A DNA stretch of 64,000 bases from an uncultured Acidobacteriota bacterium (lineage in GTDB: Bacteria; Acidobacteriota; Vicinamibacteria; Vicinamibacterales; 2-12-FULL-66-21), in contig CAVRYF010000014.1 in assembly GCA_963725325.1 (NCBI GenBank), positions 810,390 to 874,389 of the forward strand, read 5' to 3'. The translations under genes and the position numbers were made by a program. Below, piece after piece: positions 29,095 through 39,271 of the stretch (position 1 is its first letter; each line of letters starts with the position of its first letter). A model generated the notes under the pieces. That model was not told the origin of the DNA. It worked only from the letters and a program-made list of their open reading frames with translations, and searched no databases.

Positions 29095-30182
29095 TTCGCG
29101 ATCGTCGTCGCCTTGATAGCCGCGCCGTCCGGCAGTCCGGCATGACCTTCGACAATCACCGACTCTCCAGCCTTCACCCCAGAGAGCACCTCGACCTCGT
29201 CGGCGTCTGCCAGGCCGAGGACAACCGGCCTTCGCTGGGCCTTGTCTGCGACGACGACGAACACGGCCGTGTCGGCGCCCTCACGGACGATCGCACCCAC
29301 CGGCACCACCAGGACATTGGCGTGCAGCTCGGCGTCAATCGCCACCTGCACCGGCAGCCCTGCCGAGTAAGTCGTGGCGTCGATGAACGCGAGCCGCACA
29401 GGCGTGGCTCCGGTGCCCGCGTCGACGACTCCGGGCCGGGAAATCACTTTCATGCCGGCCGGCTGGTCCACCGACGCGCCCACGACCCGCGCCGACGCGC
29501 CGACCTTCAGGCGCTGGACATCCGCAATCGGCACGAGTGCGCTGACCTCCAGCCGCCGGGGATCGATGACCCGCAGGAGCGAATCACTCGCCGAGGCTTC
29601 GACCTGGTCGCCCGGATTGTGCAGACGCCTCGCCACGATGCCATCGAACGTGGCATAGACCACCGTGCGCCGTGCGATGACCTCCTCGGCGGCTTGTGCG
29701 GCCAACGCGCCTTCCAGGTCGGCTTCAGCGTCGGCGATCTCGCGGTCCGCGTCTTCAACTTCCTTCCGGGCGGCGACACCTCGATCGAACAGATCGTGCG
29801 CGCGCGTTTCGGCCGCCTTCGCGTTCTTCACCTGAGCGCGCGCCCGAGCCACGGCGGTGGCCTTGGCCGCGACATCGGCCGCAATCCCGGGAATCTCGAA
29901 TCGTACGAGCAGATCACCACGCCGGACGCGATCGCCTTCCGCCTTCGGCATTTCGAGGATGCGGGCTGGTTCTGGGGCTATGACCACGAGATCGGCGCCG
30001 GGCGCTGGGGTCACAACCCCGGTGGCATGGATGACGCCTCGGATCGTCCCCACGACCACGGGTGTGGTCGTGACTGGCACAACCGACTGCGTGTCGACTT
30101 CCTCTGGCGTGGGCTGACCGCACGCAGCGGAAATCGCCACGAGGGCAGAGAACGCGAGACGGAGACAGGTGATGCGGCTCAT
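29091..30182 (-). CDS. RND efflux periplasmic adaptor (membrane fusion protein)
   Basis: It has a lipoprotein-like signal (...LVAISAACGQ), a coiled-coil hairpin (AEADLEGALAAQAAEE) and beta-barrel domains. It overlaps the pump gene by 4 nt. Confidence 0.9.
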   Translation of the reverse strand: MSRITCLRLAFSALVAISAACGQPTPEEVDTQSVVPVTTTPVVVGTIRGVIHATGVVTPAPGADLVVIAPEPARILEMPKAEGDRVRRGDLLVRFEIPGIAADVAAKATAVARARAQVKNAKAAETRAHDLFDRGVAARKEVEDADREIADAEADLEGALAAQAAEEVIARRTVVYATFDGIVARRLHNPGDQVEASASDSLLRVIDPRRLEVSALVPIADVQRLKVGASARVVGASVDQPAGMKVISRPGVVDAGTGATPVRLAFIDATTYSAGLPVQVAIDAELHANVLVVPVGAIVREGADTAVFVVVADKAQRRPVVLGLADADEVEVLSGVKAGESVIVEGHAGLPDGAAIKATTIAK

Positions 30183-31483
30183 CGGAGTGGCGCTCCGACG
30201 GCCAGTTCAAGGTCGGCGACCGCCGCCTGATACTCCGCCGCCGCCTGCAGCGCGCGAAGCCGGGTGTCGCGCGTCACCTGCAGTGCCTGCAGGAAGGCCG
30301 CTATGCCTGTCTGGCCGAGCCGGTATGCATCCTCGGCCATGCGCTCGACTTCGAGCGCCGCCGGGAGAATCTCGTCCCGGTACTTCACGTACTGCTGGCG
30401 CTGCGCGTCGGCACGCGCCACAGCTGAAGCGACCTCGCCCCGAATTCGCGCGAGTACGGCCTCACGCGAGGACGTGAGCTGAACGAGGGCGGCCTCTTCC
30501 ACGCGCACGCCGGCGGTATGCCGCGTGAACAGGGGTACACCAATAACAACGGCGGCACGCCATCCCGTACTGAACTCCGGCTCAGCGCCGCGCGTGATCG
30601 CGAACTCTGGAATCACGTCCGGCATCTTGAGTGCCTGCGCCAGCGCAATTTTGGCGCGCTGTTCCTGGAGCTGGCTGTCGAGCACTGCAAGCTCCACGTT
30701 CGTGGATTGCGCGAGCGTGCTAAGGACGTCGGCTGACGGAAGGGCCGCCGGGTCGAGCGAAGCGGCCAACGGCGTCGCCGCGTCGAGCGGGAACGCGAGC
30801 AGCGCGTTGAGCTCCGTGCGGGTCGCACGCACGACGCCCCGCGCCGCCGTCGCATCGTTCTCTGCCTGCGCCAATCCGAGTTGGGCCTGCAGGAGCTCCA
30901 GCCTGGGAACACTACCGGCGTCGAACCGCTGTTGAGCGGCGTCGCGGGCGCGGACCGCCAGCGCCTGCAGTTCGTCAACGAGCGTCAGGCGAGCCTCGGC
31001 GACGACCCGGTTGAAGTACGCGTGGCGGACCAGCGTGCGAACCGCAACGACGGTTTGCGCCAGCTCGGCGTCCCCGGTCTTGACCGCGGCCTCGCCGACG
31101 GCGATACGCCGATCGCGCTTACCCCCTATTTCCCACGGCAGGGCAATGCCATAGGCGCGCGTCGGTGTCTCGCGTTCGAACTCGGCCTTGAATTCCGGAT
31201 TCAGACGCTCCCCGGCCACGTCGACCGCGGCCCGGCTGGTTGCCCCGCGCAGGCGAGCCGCGAGAATCGCGGGATTCGCCTGCACCGCCCGATCAAAGGC
31301 GCCCTCGACTGTGAGCGGAACGTCGGGACCCGGGGGTTGAGCAAATCCGAGTGAAGCCCAGAGTAGGACTCCGGAGATGCCCGCGACGAGGCCGAGCTGG
31401 CGAGGGTACTCCCGCCGCGGACGGGTGACTACTCCGGTTTCCGGGACCCGCGCCAGCAGACAGTCCTCCACGTGGCGCAGCAT
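30179..31483 (-). CDS. TolC-family outer membrane efflux protein
   Basis: It has two OEP repeats with long helical segments. It overlaps the adaptor gene by 4 nt. The start codon is uncertain. Confidence 0.85.
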   Translation of the reverse strand: MLRHVEDCLLARVPETGVVTRPRREYPRQLGLVAGISGVLLWASLGFAQPPGPDVPLTVEGAFDRAVQANPAILAARLRGATSRAAVDVAGERLNPEFKAEFERETPTRAYGIALPWEIGGKRDRRIAVGEAAVKTGDAELAQTVVAVRTLVRHAYFNRVVAEARLTLVDELQALAVRARDAAQQRFDAGSVPRLELLQAQLGLAQAENDATAARGVVRATRTELNALLAFPLDAATPLAASLDPAALPSADVLSTLAQSTNVELAVLDSQLQEQRAKIALAQALKMPDVIPEFAITRGAEPEFSTGWRAAVVIGVPLFTRHTAGVRVEEAALVQLTSSREAVLARIRGEVASAVARADAQRQQYVKYRDEILPAALEVERMAEDAYRLGQTGIAAFLQALQVTRDTRLRALQAAAEYQAAVADLELAVGAPLR

Positions 31484-31711
31484 GCGTCAGTCTACATGAA
31501 CGCCTCATGACAGTCTCCGCGACGCCTATTGGCTTGGCTTCCGCCGCCGCCACGGCGGAGAGCTCGGTAATTCTCCCCGCGATTGCGGAAATTTCCGCGT
31601 GAACAGCCTCCTTCGGTCGCCACTCGGACGAGGTTCGAGCAGTCAACACGCCAGCCGCGGCGAATCCCGAGACGGCGCGGGTTGGCTGCCCCTTTGCTCT
31701 CATGAGGACAA

Positions 31712-32080
31712 ATGAAGCAGTCACCGCTCGAGGATCGCGTGAAGGACGACCACAAAGGCGACGAGAGCAGGATCGTCTATTGGCACCGCCAGCTGCCTCC
31801 CATCGACGCCGAGGTGATGGGGGAACACACCGTGGAAGCCACGAGCAGCCGTGTCGCTGGCACCCTTGCCCACCGAGACGAGCTCTGGGATCGGTGCTAC
31901 GCGGAGCTGATGGCCAACACGCATGAGCGGCTGGCTCAGGAGGTCGCCCGCCTCGGTGGCCACTACGCCCACGTCTACGACGAATCCATCGACACGAAAC
32001 GCGACGATGCGGCTGGCGAGGCGTGGCTGCACGGTCGTTTCTCGTACGTGCTGTTCGGCCGGGCGTCCGGATCGGCGTAG
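31712..32080 (+). CDS. Hypothetical 122-aa protein
   Basis: The ORF is intact with coding-like codon usage. No motif was recognised. Confidence 0.4.
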   Translation: MKQSPLEDRVKDDHKGDESRIVYWHRQLPPIDAEVMGEHTVEATSSRVAGTLAHRDELWDRCYAELMANTHERLAQEVARLGGHYAHVYDESIDTKRDDAAGEAWLHGRFSYVLFGRASGSA

Positions 32081-32141
32081 CCCTCAACTCGTCGGCTACT
32101 GCGTGCCGAGCGTCTCGGAAGATGGCCCTGAGGCCAAGACC

Positions 32142-32915
32142 ATGAGATATCCAACGGGCACAGTCCGCGGAATTCTCGCAGCCGGAGTCCTCGCGGTGGT
32201 GGTTGCGACCCCCCTCGGGGCTCAGAGCGAGAGCCAGACGCCGCCGATCCTCGTCGAGTCGCTGACTGGACGCGACTCGTTCGAACTCTATTGCTCGCCG
32301 TGCCACGGAAAGACGGGCCGGGGTGAGGGGCCGGTGGCGCCTGCCTTGAGAGCGAAACCCACCGATCTCACTCGCCTGTCGCAGCGCTACGGCGGAGCGT
32401 TCCCCACCGACGGCGTCCGTGCGATTGTGACCGGCGTGGGACGCCCGATGGCCGCGCACGGGACGAGCGACATGCCGGTGTGGGGCCCTCTCTTTCGAGC
32501 CTTCGAGTCGGACGTCCGCGTTCGTGTGCGAATCGCGAACATCGTCGACTACATCGAGAGCCTGCAGCAGAAGCCTGGCGGTTCGACGGATCCAGGTCCG
32601 CAGCTGTTCAAGACGTACTGTGCCTCGTGCCACGGCGTGAACGGCCGTGGCGCCGGCCCCGCGGCCGAGCAGTTGCGAAAGACGCCGCCCGACCTGACAA
32701 AATACACAGCACGCAACGGCGGCATCTTTCCGAGCGAGCGCCTGCGCCAGATCATCGACGGTCGTGGAGTGGCCGCGCACGGCGATCGCGAGATGCCCGT
32801 CTGGGGCGATGCCTTCCAAAGCACTCGTGGCGGGGTGACACCCGAGGCAGCCAAGGCTCGCATCGATGCGATCGTCCGATACCTCGACGGCATTCAGGAG
32901 AAAGCCGCACAGTAG
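32142..32915 (+). CDS. Secreted di-haem c-type cytochrome
   Basis: The ATG at 32142 gives a signal peptide (ILAAGVLAVVVATPLGAQ). There are two CxxCH sites (CSPCHG, CASCHG), each followed by a DMPVWG/EMPVWG Met ligand region. Confidence 0.8.
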   Translation: MRYPTGTVRGILAAGVLAVVVATPLGAQSESQTPPILVESLTGRDSFELYCSPCHGKTGRGEGPVAPALRAKPTDLTRLSQRYGGAFPTDGVRAIVTGVGRPMAAHGTSDMPVWGPLFRAFESDVRVRVRIANIVDYIESLQQKPGGSTDPGPQLFKTYCASCHGVNGRGAGPAAEQLRKTPPDLTKYTARNGGIFPSERLRQIIDGRGVAAHGDREMPVWGDAFQSTRGGVTPEAAKARIDAIVRYLDGIQEKAAQ

Positions 32916-32931
32916 CGCCGGCCGCCGTCAG

Positions 32932-33957
32932 TCACTTTGGAGCCGGCTTCAACTGTTGCGCGCTCCGGCCAGTATAGCTCTCGAGAACCTTGATGTAGTT
33001 GCCGCGCACGAACGCACTCGAGTCCTTCACCGACTGCTGGCTCATCGAGCCGCGCATCTGGCTGACCGAGTTATAGCCCTTCCGCTCCATCCATGCCGTC
33101 ATCTCCTCGAGAACTCTCGCGAAAAACGGCGGTCCCTGTTGCAGGAGGGCGGAGGTGCTCATCACGACGTCGGCGCCGGCCATCAGATACTTGATGGCCT
33201 CGACGTGGCTGTGCACGCCAGTGGTCGCCGCGAGCGAGGCCGACACGCGTCCGTACAACAGTGCAATCCACAAGAGCGGGAGACGGATTTCACCAGGCGT
33301 GCTGAGCGCTATCGCGGGAGCCACGGTCCGGCTTTCGATGTCGAAGTCCGGCTGATAGAAGCGGTTGAAGAGCACCAGTGCGTCGGCGCCCGCTTCCTCG
33401 AGCTGACACGCCATGTCCGCAAACGAGCTGAAGTAAGGACCGACCTTGATTGCCACCGGAATCGACACCGTGGCCTTCACCGCTGACAGCACATCGACAT
33501 ACTGCTGTTCGACCTCGGCGCCCGAGCGGAACGTCTCGGTGGGAATGTAGTACACGTTCAGCTCGATGCCGCTCGCGCCCGCGTCCTCCATCTCTTTCGC
33601 GAAGGTCACCCAGCCATGTTCGCTGACGCCGTTGAGGCTCGCGATAATCGGGATGTCGACGGCTTCGGTGGCCCTGCGGATGAGATCGAGGTACTGGCGA
33701 GGACCGACGTCGTAGTCCTGAACGGCGGGAAAGTACGAGACCGACTCGCCGTAGCTCTCGCTGCCGAGCTTCATGAAGTGCTCGAGCGCCGCCGAGTCGT
33801 GCGTGATCTGCTCTTCGAAGAGCGAGAACATCACGACGGCGGCCGCGCCGTTGTCCTCCAGTCGGCGGATGGCGTCGAGGCTCTCCGAGAGGGGAGACGC
33901 CGAGGCCACGAGCGGGTTCTTGAGCGTCAGGCCCATGTATCGGGTCGTCAAGTCCAT
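32932..33957 (-). CDS. Dihydroorotate dehydrogenase-like FMN TIM-barrel protein (PFOR-linked)
   Basis: AAGGAG lies upstream of the ATG. LKNPLVASASPLS, GASGIELNVY and a class-1 DHOD-like layout are present. It starts 18 nt downstream of PFOR. Confidence 0.8.
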   Translation of the reverse strand: MDLTTRYMGLTLKNPLVASASPLSESLDAIRRLEDNGAAAVVMFSLFEEQITHDSAALEHFMKLGSESYGESVSYFPAVQDYDVGPRQYLDLIRRATEAVDIPIIASLNGVSEHGWVTFAKEMEDAGASGIELNVYYIPTETFRSGAEVEQQYVDVLSAVKATVSIPVAIKVGPYFSSFADMACQLEEAGADALVLFNRFYQPDFDIESRTVAPAIALSTPGEIRLPLLWIALLYGRVSASLAATTGVHSHVEAIKYLMAGADVVMSTSALLQQGPPFFARVLEEMTAWMERKGYNSVSQMRGSMSQQSVKDSSAFVRGNYIKVLESYTGRSAQQLKPAPK

Positions 33958-33975
33958 GGTGCGTCTCCTTTCCTC

Positions 33976-36900
33976 CTAGACCTTGGTGGCGTTCTTTGAG
34001 GCTGCAGCCGGGGCGGGTACGTGACTCCCGGGCTCGCCTTGGCCGCGCCGGGCGGTGGCGGGCCACCGGTCGGCCAGTGCGGAATAGACGCGCCAGCGCT
34101 GGTTGACGTCTTCCTGTGCCAGCCCGAGCAGCCGCTTCGCCGCGCCGGGATTGGTATAGGAAAGCATCTTGTAGCGGATCTCGTTGTACGCGTACGCCTT
34201 CAGCGGGATCGACGGTGCCTGCGAATCGATCACGAACTCCTGTCGCTCGCGGCCGGCCGCCGGCGGCTTGAAGCGATAGAGCGGCCAATGCCCGCTCTCG
34301 ACCGCCAGTTTCTGCTGCCGCATGCCAAAGCGCATGTTGATGCCATGCGCGATGCAGTGGCTGTAGGCGATGATGATCGACGGCCCGTCGTGCGCCTCGG
34401 CTTCGAGAAACGCGTCCATCGTCTGCTGCGACGACGCGCCCATGGCAATCTGCGCGACGTAGACATTGCCGTACGCGACCGCCATCAGACCGAGATCCTT
34501 CTTCGCGCTGGACTTCCCGCCCGCCGCGAACTTGGCGACCCCGCCGCGCGGGGTCGATTTGGACGCCTGACCGCCTGTATTCGAATAGACCTCGGTGTCG
34601 AGAACGAGGACGTTGACGTTTCGTCCCGACGCCAGCACGTGATCGAGGCCACCGTAGCCGATGTCGTACGCCCACCCGTCACCGCCAACAATCCAGACGC
34701 TCTTTCGCACGAGGTGCTTCGTGAGCGTCAGCAGCCGTTGGGCTGTCGGATCCTGCAGCGATTGCAGCAGCTGCTCGAGCACCGCGACGCGATCCCTCTG
34801 GGCGTCGACGTCCGCCTGTGTGATTTGCGGCGCCTCCAGGACCTCACGAACGCGCTCCGGCCCGAGCCGGGGCGACAGCAGAGCGAGCAGCCGCTCCGCC
34901 TCCTCGCGCTGTGTGTCGAGCGATACGCGGAAACCCAGACCGAACTCGGCGTTGTCCTCGAAGAGCGAATTCGCCCACGCCGGCCCGCGGCCCTGCTTGT
35001 TGACCGACCACGGGGTCGTGGGCAGGTTGCCGCCATATATGGACGAACACCCCGTCGCGTTGGCGACGAGCAGGCGGTCGCCGAAGAGCTGCGTCAGGAG
35101 CCGCAGGTAAGGTGTCTCGCCGCACCCGGCACACGCGCCGGAGAACTCGAAGAGCGGCGTCAGGTACTGCGCGCCGCGCACCAGCGCCGCATCCAGTCCC
35201 ATGGGCTTGTTGTCGGGCAGCGCCTCGAAGAACTCGAAGTTCCTTCGTTCGCGCTCGAGGACCGGGGCCTTGGCCTCCATGTTGATGGCGCGGACGCCCG
35301 CCGCCTCCGGGCTCCGCACGGGACACGCTTCGACACAGAGCTCGCACCCGGTGCAGTCCTCCACCGCCACCTGCAGCGTGTATCTCAGGTTCGGGAACCC
35401 TCGGCCGGCGAGCGGCGCGGACGGGAACCCGTCTGGCGCGTTCGCCAGCAGGGGATCGTCGTAGTACCGCGCACGGATGGTCGCGTGCGGACACACCATC
35501 ACGCAGTTGCCGCACTGGATGCACAGCTCCGGCTTCCACACGGGGACGATGTCGGAGATGTTGCGCTTTTCCCATTGGGCCGTCCCGGACGGATAGGTGC
35601 CGTCAGCGGGGAGTGCGCTGACCGGCAGCTCGTCGCCGCGCCCGGCGATCATCATGGCCGTCACGTTCCTGACGAAGTCCGGCGCGCGCGCGGGCACGAG
35701 CGGAGACGACTCGCGGGTGCTGGTCGCGGACGCAGGCAGCGTCACCTCGTGCAGGTTCTCGAGCGCGCGATCGACAGCCGCGAAGTTGCTCTCGACGAGA
35801 TCCGAACCCTTGCGGGCATAGGTTGCCTGGATGGCGTCCTTGATACGGGCGATGGCGTCCTCGCGCGGCAGCACGCCGGAAATGGCAAAGAAGCAGGTTT
35901 GCATGATCGTGTTGATCCGGCCGGGCATGCCTGCCTCGGTCGCCACGCGATCCGCGTCGATGGTGAAGAGCCGGATGTGCTTGGCGACGAGCGCCTCCTG
36001 CATCGAGCGTGGCAGCTCGTTCCACAGATCGCCAGGCGCGAAGGGGCTGTTGAGCAGAAACACCGCTCCGTCGGTCGCCGCATTGAGTACGCCGAGCATC
36101 TCGCCGCGCTCGACGAACTGGAACTGATGGCAGGCGATGAACTGGGCGCGCTGCACCAGGTACGCCGATCGGATCGGTTGAGGCCCGAAGCGGAGGTGCG
36201 ACGTCGTCCGCGACCCGGATTTCTTCGAGTCGTAGACGAAGAAGCCCTGGGCGTAGCCCGGGGTCTGCTCGCCGATGATCTTGATCGAGTTCTTGTTCGC
36301 CCCCACGGTGCCGTCGGCGCCGAGGCCGTAGAAGATGCAGCCGACCACGTCGGCCGCCTCGGTGATGAAACGCGGGTCGTATTCCAGGCTGGTCTGCGAC
36401 ACATCGTCGTTGATGCCGACCGTGAAGTGGTTCTTCGGGGAAGCGGACCGGAGGTTCTCGAACACCGCCTTGACCATCGCTGGCGTGAATTCCTTCGACG
36501 CGAGCCCATAGCGCCCGCCGACGATTCGCGGCATGTCGGGACGGCGGCCGTCGGTCATCGCCTCGGCGAAGGCCGTAACGACGTCCTGGTACAGCGGCTC
36601 GCCGGACGCTCCCGGCTCCTTGGTCCTGTCGAGCACTGCGATGGCCTTGACTGATTGGGGGACGGCGTCCAGCAGATGACTCACGGCAAACGGCCGGAAG
36701 AGGTGCACCTGCACGACCCCGAGCTTCGCACCGCGGCCATTCAGGTGGTCGATGGTCTCCCGCACGGTCTCGACACCTGAGCCCATGAGCACGATGACGT
36801 GCTCCGCGTCGGCGGCGCCGAAGTAGTCGAACAACCGGTACCGGCGCCCGGTCAGCGCGGCGAATCGGTCCATCGCCGCCTCGACGATGGACGGAACGGC

Positions 36901-37611
36901 CGCGTAGAACGGGTTGGCGGTCTCGCGCCCCTGGAAGTAGACGTCGGGGTTCTGTGCCACGCCCCGCACGACGGGACGATTGGGATCGAGCGCCCTCGCC
37001 CGATGCGCGAACACCAGCGCATCGTCGATCATTGCGCGCAGATCGTCATCGGAGAGGACCTGGATTCTGCTGACCTCGTGCGAGGTGCGGAAGCCGTCGA
37101 AGAAATGCACGAACGGGATGCGCGACGAGAGGGTCGCGTTCTGCGCGATGAGGGCAAGGTCGTGCGCCTCCTGCACCGAGCTCGAACAGAGCATCGCCCA
37201 GCCTGTCATCCGCGCGGCCATGACGTCTGAGTGATCGCCGAAGATCGAGAGCGCCTGCGTCGCGATGGCGCGGGCCGCCACGTGGAAGACGGCCGGCGTC
37301 AGCTCCCCGGCAATCTTGAACATGTTGGGGATCATCAGCAGCAAGCCCTGAGACGCAGTGAAGGTCGTCGTCAGCGCACCCGTCTGCAGGGCGCCGTGGA
37401 CCGTGCCCGCGGCACCGCCTTCGCTCTGCATCTCGATGACGTGCGGCACCGTTCCCCAGATGTTGGTCTTGCCCTCGGAGGCCCACTGGTCGGCCAGTTC
37501 ACCCATGGTCGAGGAGGGCGTGATCGGGTAGATGGCGCAGACCTCGTTCGTGCGGTAGGCGATGGAGGCGGCGGCCTCGTTGCCGTCCAGGGTTTTTACG
37601 TGTGTCGCCAT
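33976..37611 (-). CDS. nifJ: Pyruvate:ferredoxin (flavodoxin) oxidoreductase, single-chain
   Basis: It is 1211 aa. The two ferredoxin-type clusters are CIQCGNCVMVCPHA and CTGCELCVEACP. The TPP site is GGDGWAYDIGYGGLDH. Confidence 0.95.
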   Translation of the reverse strand: MATHVKTLDGNEAAASIAYRTNEVCAIYPITPSSTMGELADQWASEGKTNIWGTVPHVIEMQSEGGAAGTVHGALQTGALTTTFTASQGLLLMIPNMFKIAGELTPAVFHVAARAIATQALSIFGDHSDVMAARMTGWAMLCSSSVQEAHDLALIAQNATLSSRIPFVHFFDGFRTSHEVSRIQVLSDDDLRAMIDDALVFAHRARALDPNRPVVRGVAQNPDVYFQGRETANPFYAAVPSIVEAAMDRFAALTGRRYRLFDYFGAADAEHVIVLMGSGVETVRETIDHLNGRGAKLGVVQVHLFRPFAVSHLLDAVPQSVKAIAVLDRTKEPGASGEPLYQDVVTAFAEAMTDGRRPDMPRIVGGRYGLASKEFTPAMVKAVFENLRSASPKNHFTVGINDDVSQTSLEYDPRFITEAADVVGCIFYGLGADGTVGANKNSIKIIGEQTPGYAQGFFVYDSKKSGSRTTSHLRFGPQPIRSAYLVQRAQFIACHQFQFVERGEMLGVLNAATDGAVFLLNSPFAPGDLWNELPRSMQEALVAKHIRLFTIDADRVATEAGMPGRINTIMQTCFFAISGVLPREDAIARIKDAIQATYARKGSDLVESNFAAVDRALENLHEVTLPASATSTRESSPLVPARAPDFVRNVTAMMIAGRGDELPVSALPADGTYPSGTAQWEKRNISDIVPVWKPELCIQCGNCVMVCPHATIRARYYDDPLLANAPDGFPSAPLAGRGFPNLRYTLQVAVEDCTGCELCVEACPVRSPEAAGVRAINMEAKAPVLERERRNFEFFEALPDNKPMGLDAALVRGAQYLTPLFEFSGACAGCGETPYLRLLTQLFGDRLLVANATGCSSIYGGNLPTTPWSVNKQGRGPAWANSLFEDNAEFGLGFRVSLDTQREEAERLLALLSPRLGPERVREVLEAPQITQADVDAQRDRVAVLEQLLQSLQDPTAQRLLTLTKHLVRKSVWIVGGDGWAYDIGYGGLDHVLASGRNVNVLVLDTEVYSNTGGQASKSTPRGGVAKFAAGGKSSAKKDLGLMAVAYGNVYVAQIAMGASSQQTMDAFLEAEAHDGPSIIIAYSHCIAHGINMRFGMRQQKLAVESGHWPLYRFKPPAAGRERQEFVIDSQAPSIPLKAYAYNEIRYKMLSYTNPGAAKRLLGLAQEDVNQRWRVYSALADRWPATARRGQGEPGSHVPAPAAASKNATKV

Positions 37612-37675
37612 GTGGCTTTCCTCTGTCGCCCCCGCGCGAGTGCGGTCTCTCCGTGTTGTGGTGTTGTCGGCGCTT

Positions 37676-39271
37676 CTATGCCTCGGCGGCCGTCGGCGCG
37701 ACCGGCTCGGGAATCATCGTGATCGCTCCGCACGGACACTGGTCGTAACAGATCGCACAGCCCGTGCACTTGGCGAGGTCGTACTCGTATCGCCGGCCCG
37801 GACCGAGCTTGATCACGGCTTGCTCGGGACACGCCGAGTAGCATCCGTCGCATTCGAAGCAGTTGCCGCACGAGAGGCACCGCTGGGCTTCGTATCGCGC
37901 GGCCGAGGGATCGAGTCCGCCGACGACCTCGTCGAAGGTCAGCCTCCGTCGATCGAGATCGATCGTGCTCTGGCCGCGCTTGGTGGCCTCGGCGTGATAC
38001 CAGAGCCGCAGCATCTCGAACTTTGCGACCTCGTGCTTGGTCTGCGTCGCGGGCGCCTCGCTGCGGAGCCAGGCGTCGATGTGCCGTGCGGCCTTCTTGC
38101 CGTGCCCGACCGCGGTGGTCACCGTCCGCGCATACGGGACCATGTCGCCGCCTGCGAAGACGCCAGGGCAGCCGGTCTGCATGTCGCGCCCCACGGTGAC
38201 CGTGCCGTCCTTCTTGAATGTGATGCCGGGGACCGACTTCAGAAACGTCGTGTCGGTGTCCTGGCCGAGGGCAAGAATCACAGAATCGGCTTCGAGCGTC
38301 TCGATCTCGCCGGTCGGCACCGGATAGCGGTTCTCGTCGAGCTTCATGACCTCGACATGAAGCGTCGTGCCGTCAATCTCCTTGATCGTTCGGAGCCAGT
38401 GGATCTTGACGCCCTCTTCAATCGCTTCATCGGCCTCGAAGTCGTGCGCCGGCATCTGCTCGCGCGTGCGGCGGTAGATGATGAGCGGCTCGGCCCCAAG
38501 TCTGGCGGCCGTGCGGGCCGCATCCATCGCCGTGTTGCCGCCGCCGTAGATAGCGACGCGCCGGCCGATGCGCGGTGGCTCCCCACCGGTCTCGACTTCC
38601 TTGAGGAACTGCAGCGCGTCGTAGACCTTGACGGCGTCGCGCGCGGGAATTTCCTGACGTTTGCTCAGGTGTGCGCCGACGGCAAGGAAGACCGCATCGA
38701 ACCGCCCTTCGGCTTTCTCGGTCGTGAGATCGGCGACCTTGTGGTTCAGGACGATCTCCACACCGATCCTGCGGATGCGGTCGATCTCGCCGTCCAGAAC
38801 TTCCCGCGGCAGCCGGTACTTCGGGATGCCGAAGTGCATCATGCCGCCCGCCATCGGACCGGCCTCGTGGATGACCACTTCATGCCCACGGCGGGCCAGG
38901 TGCCAGGCGGCCGAAAGGCCGCTCGGTCCGGCGCCGACGACGAGCACGCGTTGCCCTGATGACGGTTGGTCGGGCAGAACGGTCCAGCCTTCTGTGAGGG
39001 CCAGGTCACCCAGAAACCGTTCGACGGCATGGATGCTGACCGCCTCGTCGACATCCTTGCGGTTACACGCGTCTTCGCACGGGTGGTAGCAGACGCGGCC
39101 ATGGACGGCCGGCATCGGATTGTCGCGAACGATGATCTCCCAGGCCTCGCGATAGCGGCCGGCCTGTGCCTCGGCGAGCCAGGCCTGGATGTTCTCGCCC
39201 GCCGGACAGCCGTGGTTGCACGGGGGAAGACGGTCGACGTAAACCGGGCGCATCGTACGCACTGGCGGCAT
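37676..39271 (-). CDS. GltD-like NAD(P)H-dependent FAD oxidoreductase with C-terminal 2x[4Fe-4S] ferredoxin domain
   Basis: The ATG at 39271 has GGAGG 9 nt upstream. The N-terminal Cys cluster region is CNHGCPAG...CYHPCEDAC. The Rossmann motifs are VLVVGAGPSGLSAA and VAIYGGGNTAMDAART. The C-terminal clusters are CLSCGNCFECDGCYSACP and CTGCAICYDQCPCGA. Confidence 0.85.
   Translation of the reverse strand: MPPVRTMRPVYVDRLPPCNHGCPAGENIQAWLAEAQAGRYREAWEIIVRDNPMPAVHGRVCYHPCEDACNRKDVDEAVSIHAVERFLGDLALTEGWTVLPDQPSSGQRVLVVGAGPSGLSAAWHLARRGHEVVIHEAGPMAGGMMHFGIPKYRLPREVLDGEIDRIRRIGVEIVLNHKVADLTTEKAEGRFDAVFLAVGAHLSKRQEIPARDAVKVYDALQFLKEVETGGEPPRIGRRVAIYGGGNTAMDAARTAARLGAEPLIIYRRTREQMPAHDFEADEAIEEGVKIHWLRTIKEIDGTTLHVEVMKLDENRYPVPTGEIETLEADSVILALGQDTDTTFLKSVPGITFKKDGTVTVGRDMQTGCPGVFAGGDMVPYARTVTTAVGHGKKAARHIDAWLRSEAPATQTKHEVAKFEMLRLWYHAEATKRGQSTIDLDRRRLTFDEVVGGLDPSAARYEAQRCLSCGNCFECDGCYSACPEQAVIKLGPGRRYEYDLAKCTGCAICYDQCPCGAITMIPEPVAPTAAEA

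Noticed and set aside
34021-36654. 877-aa ORF on the plus strand, antisense to the PFOR gene
   Set aside because: The minus strand encodes a full-length PFOR with ferredoxin and TPP motifs. The antisense translation is Arg/Gly/Asp/His-rich and low in complexity. Stop-free antisense frames are expected in high-GC coding DNA.
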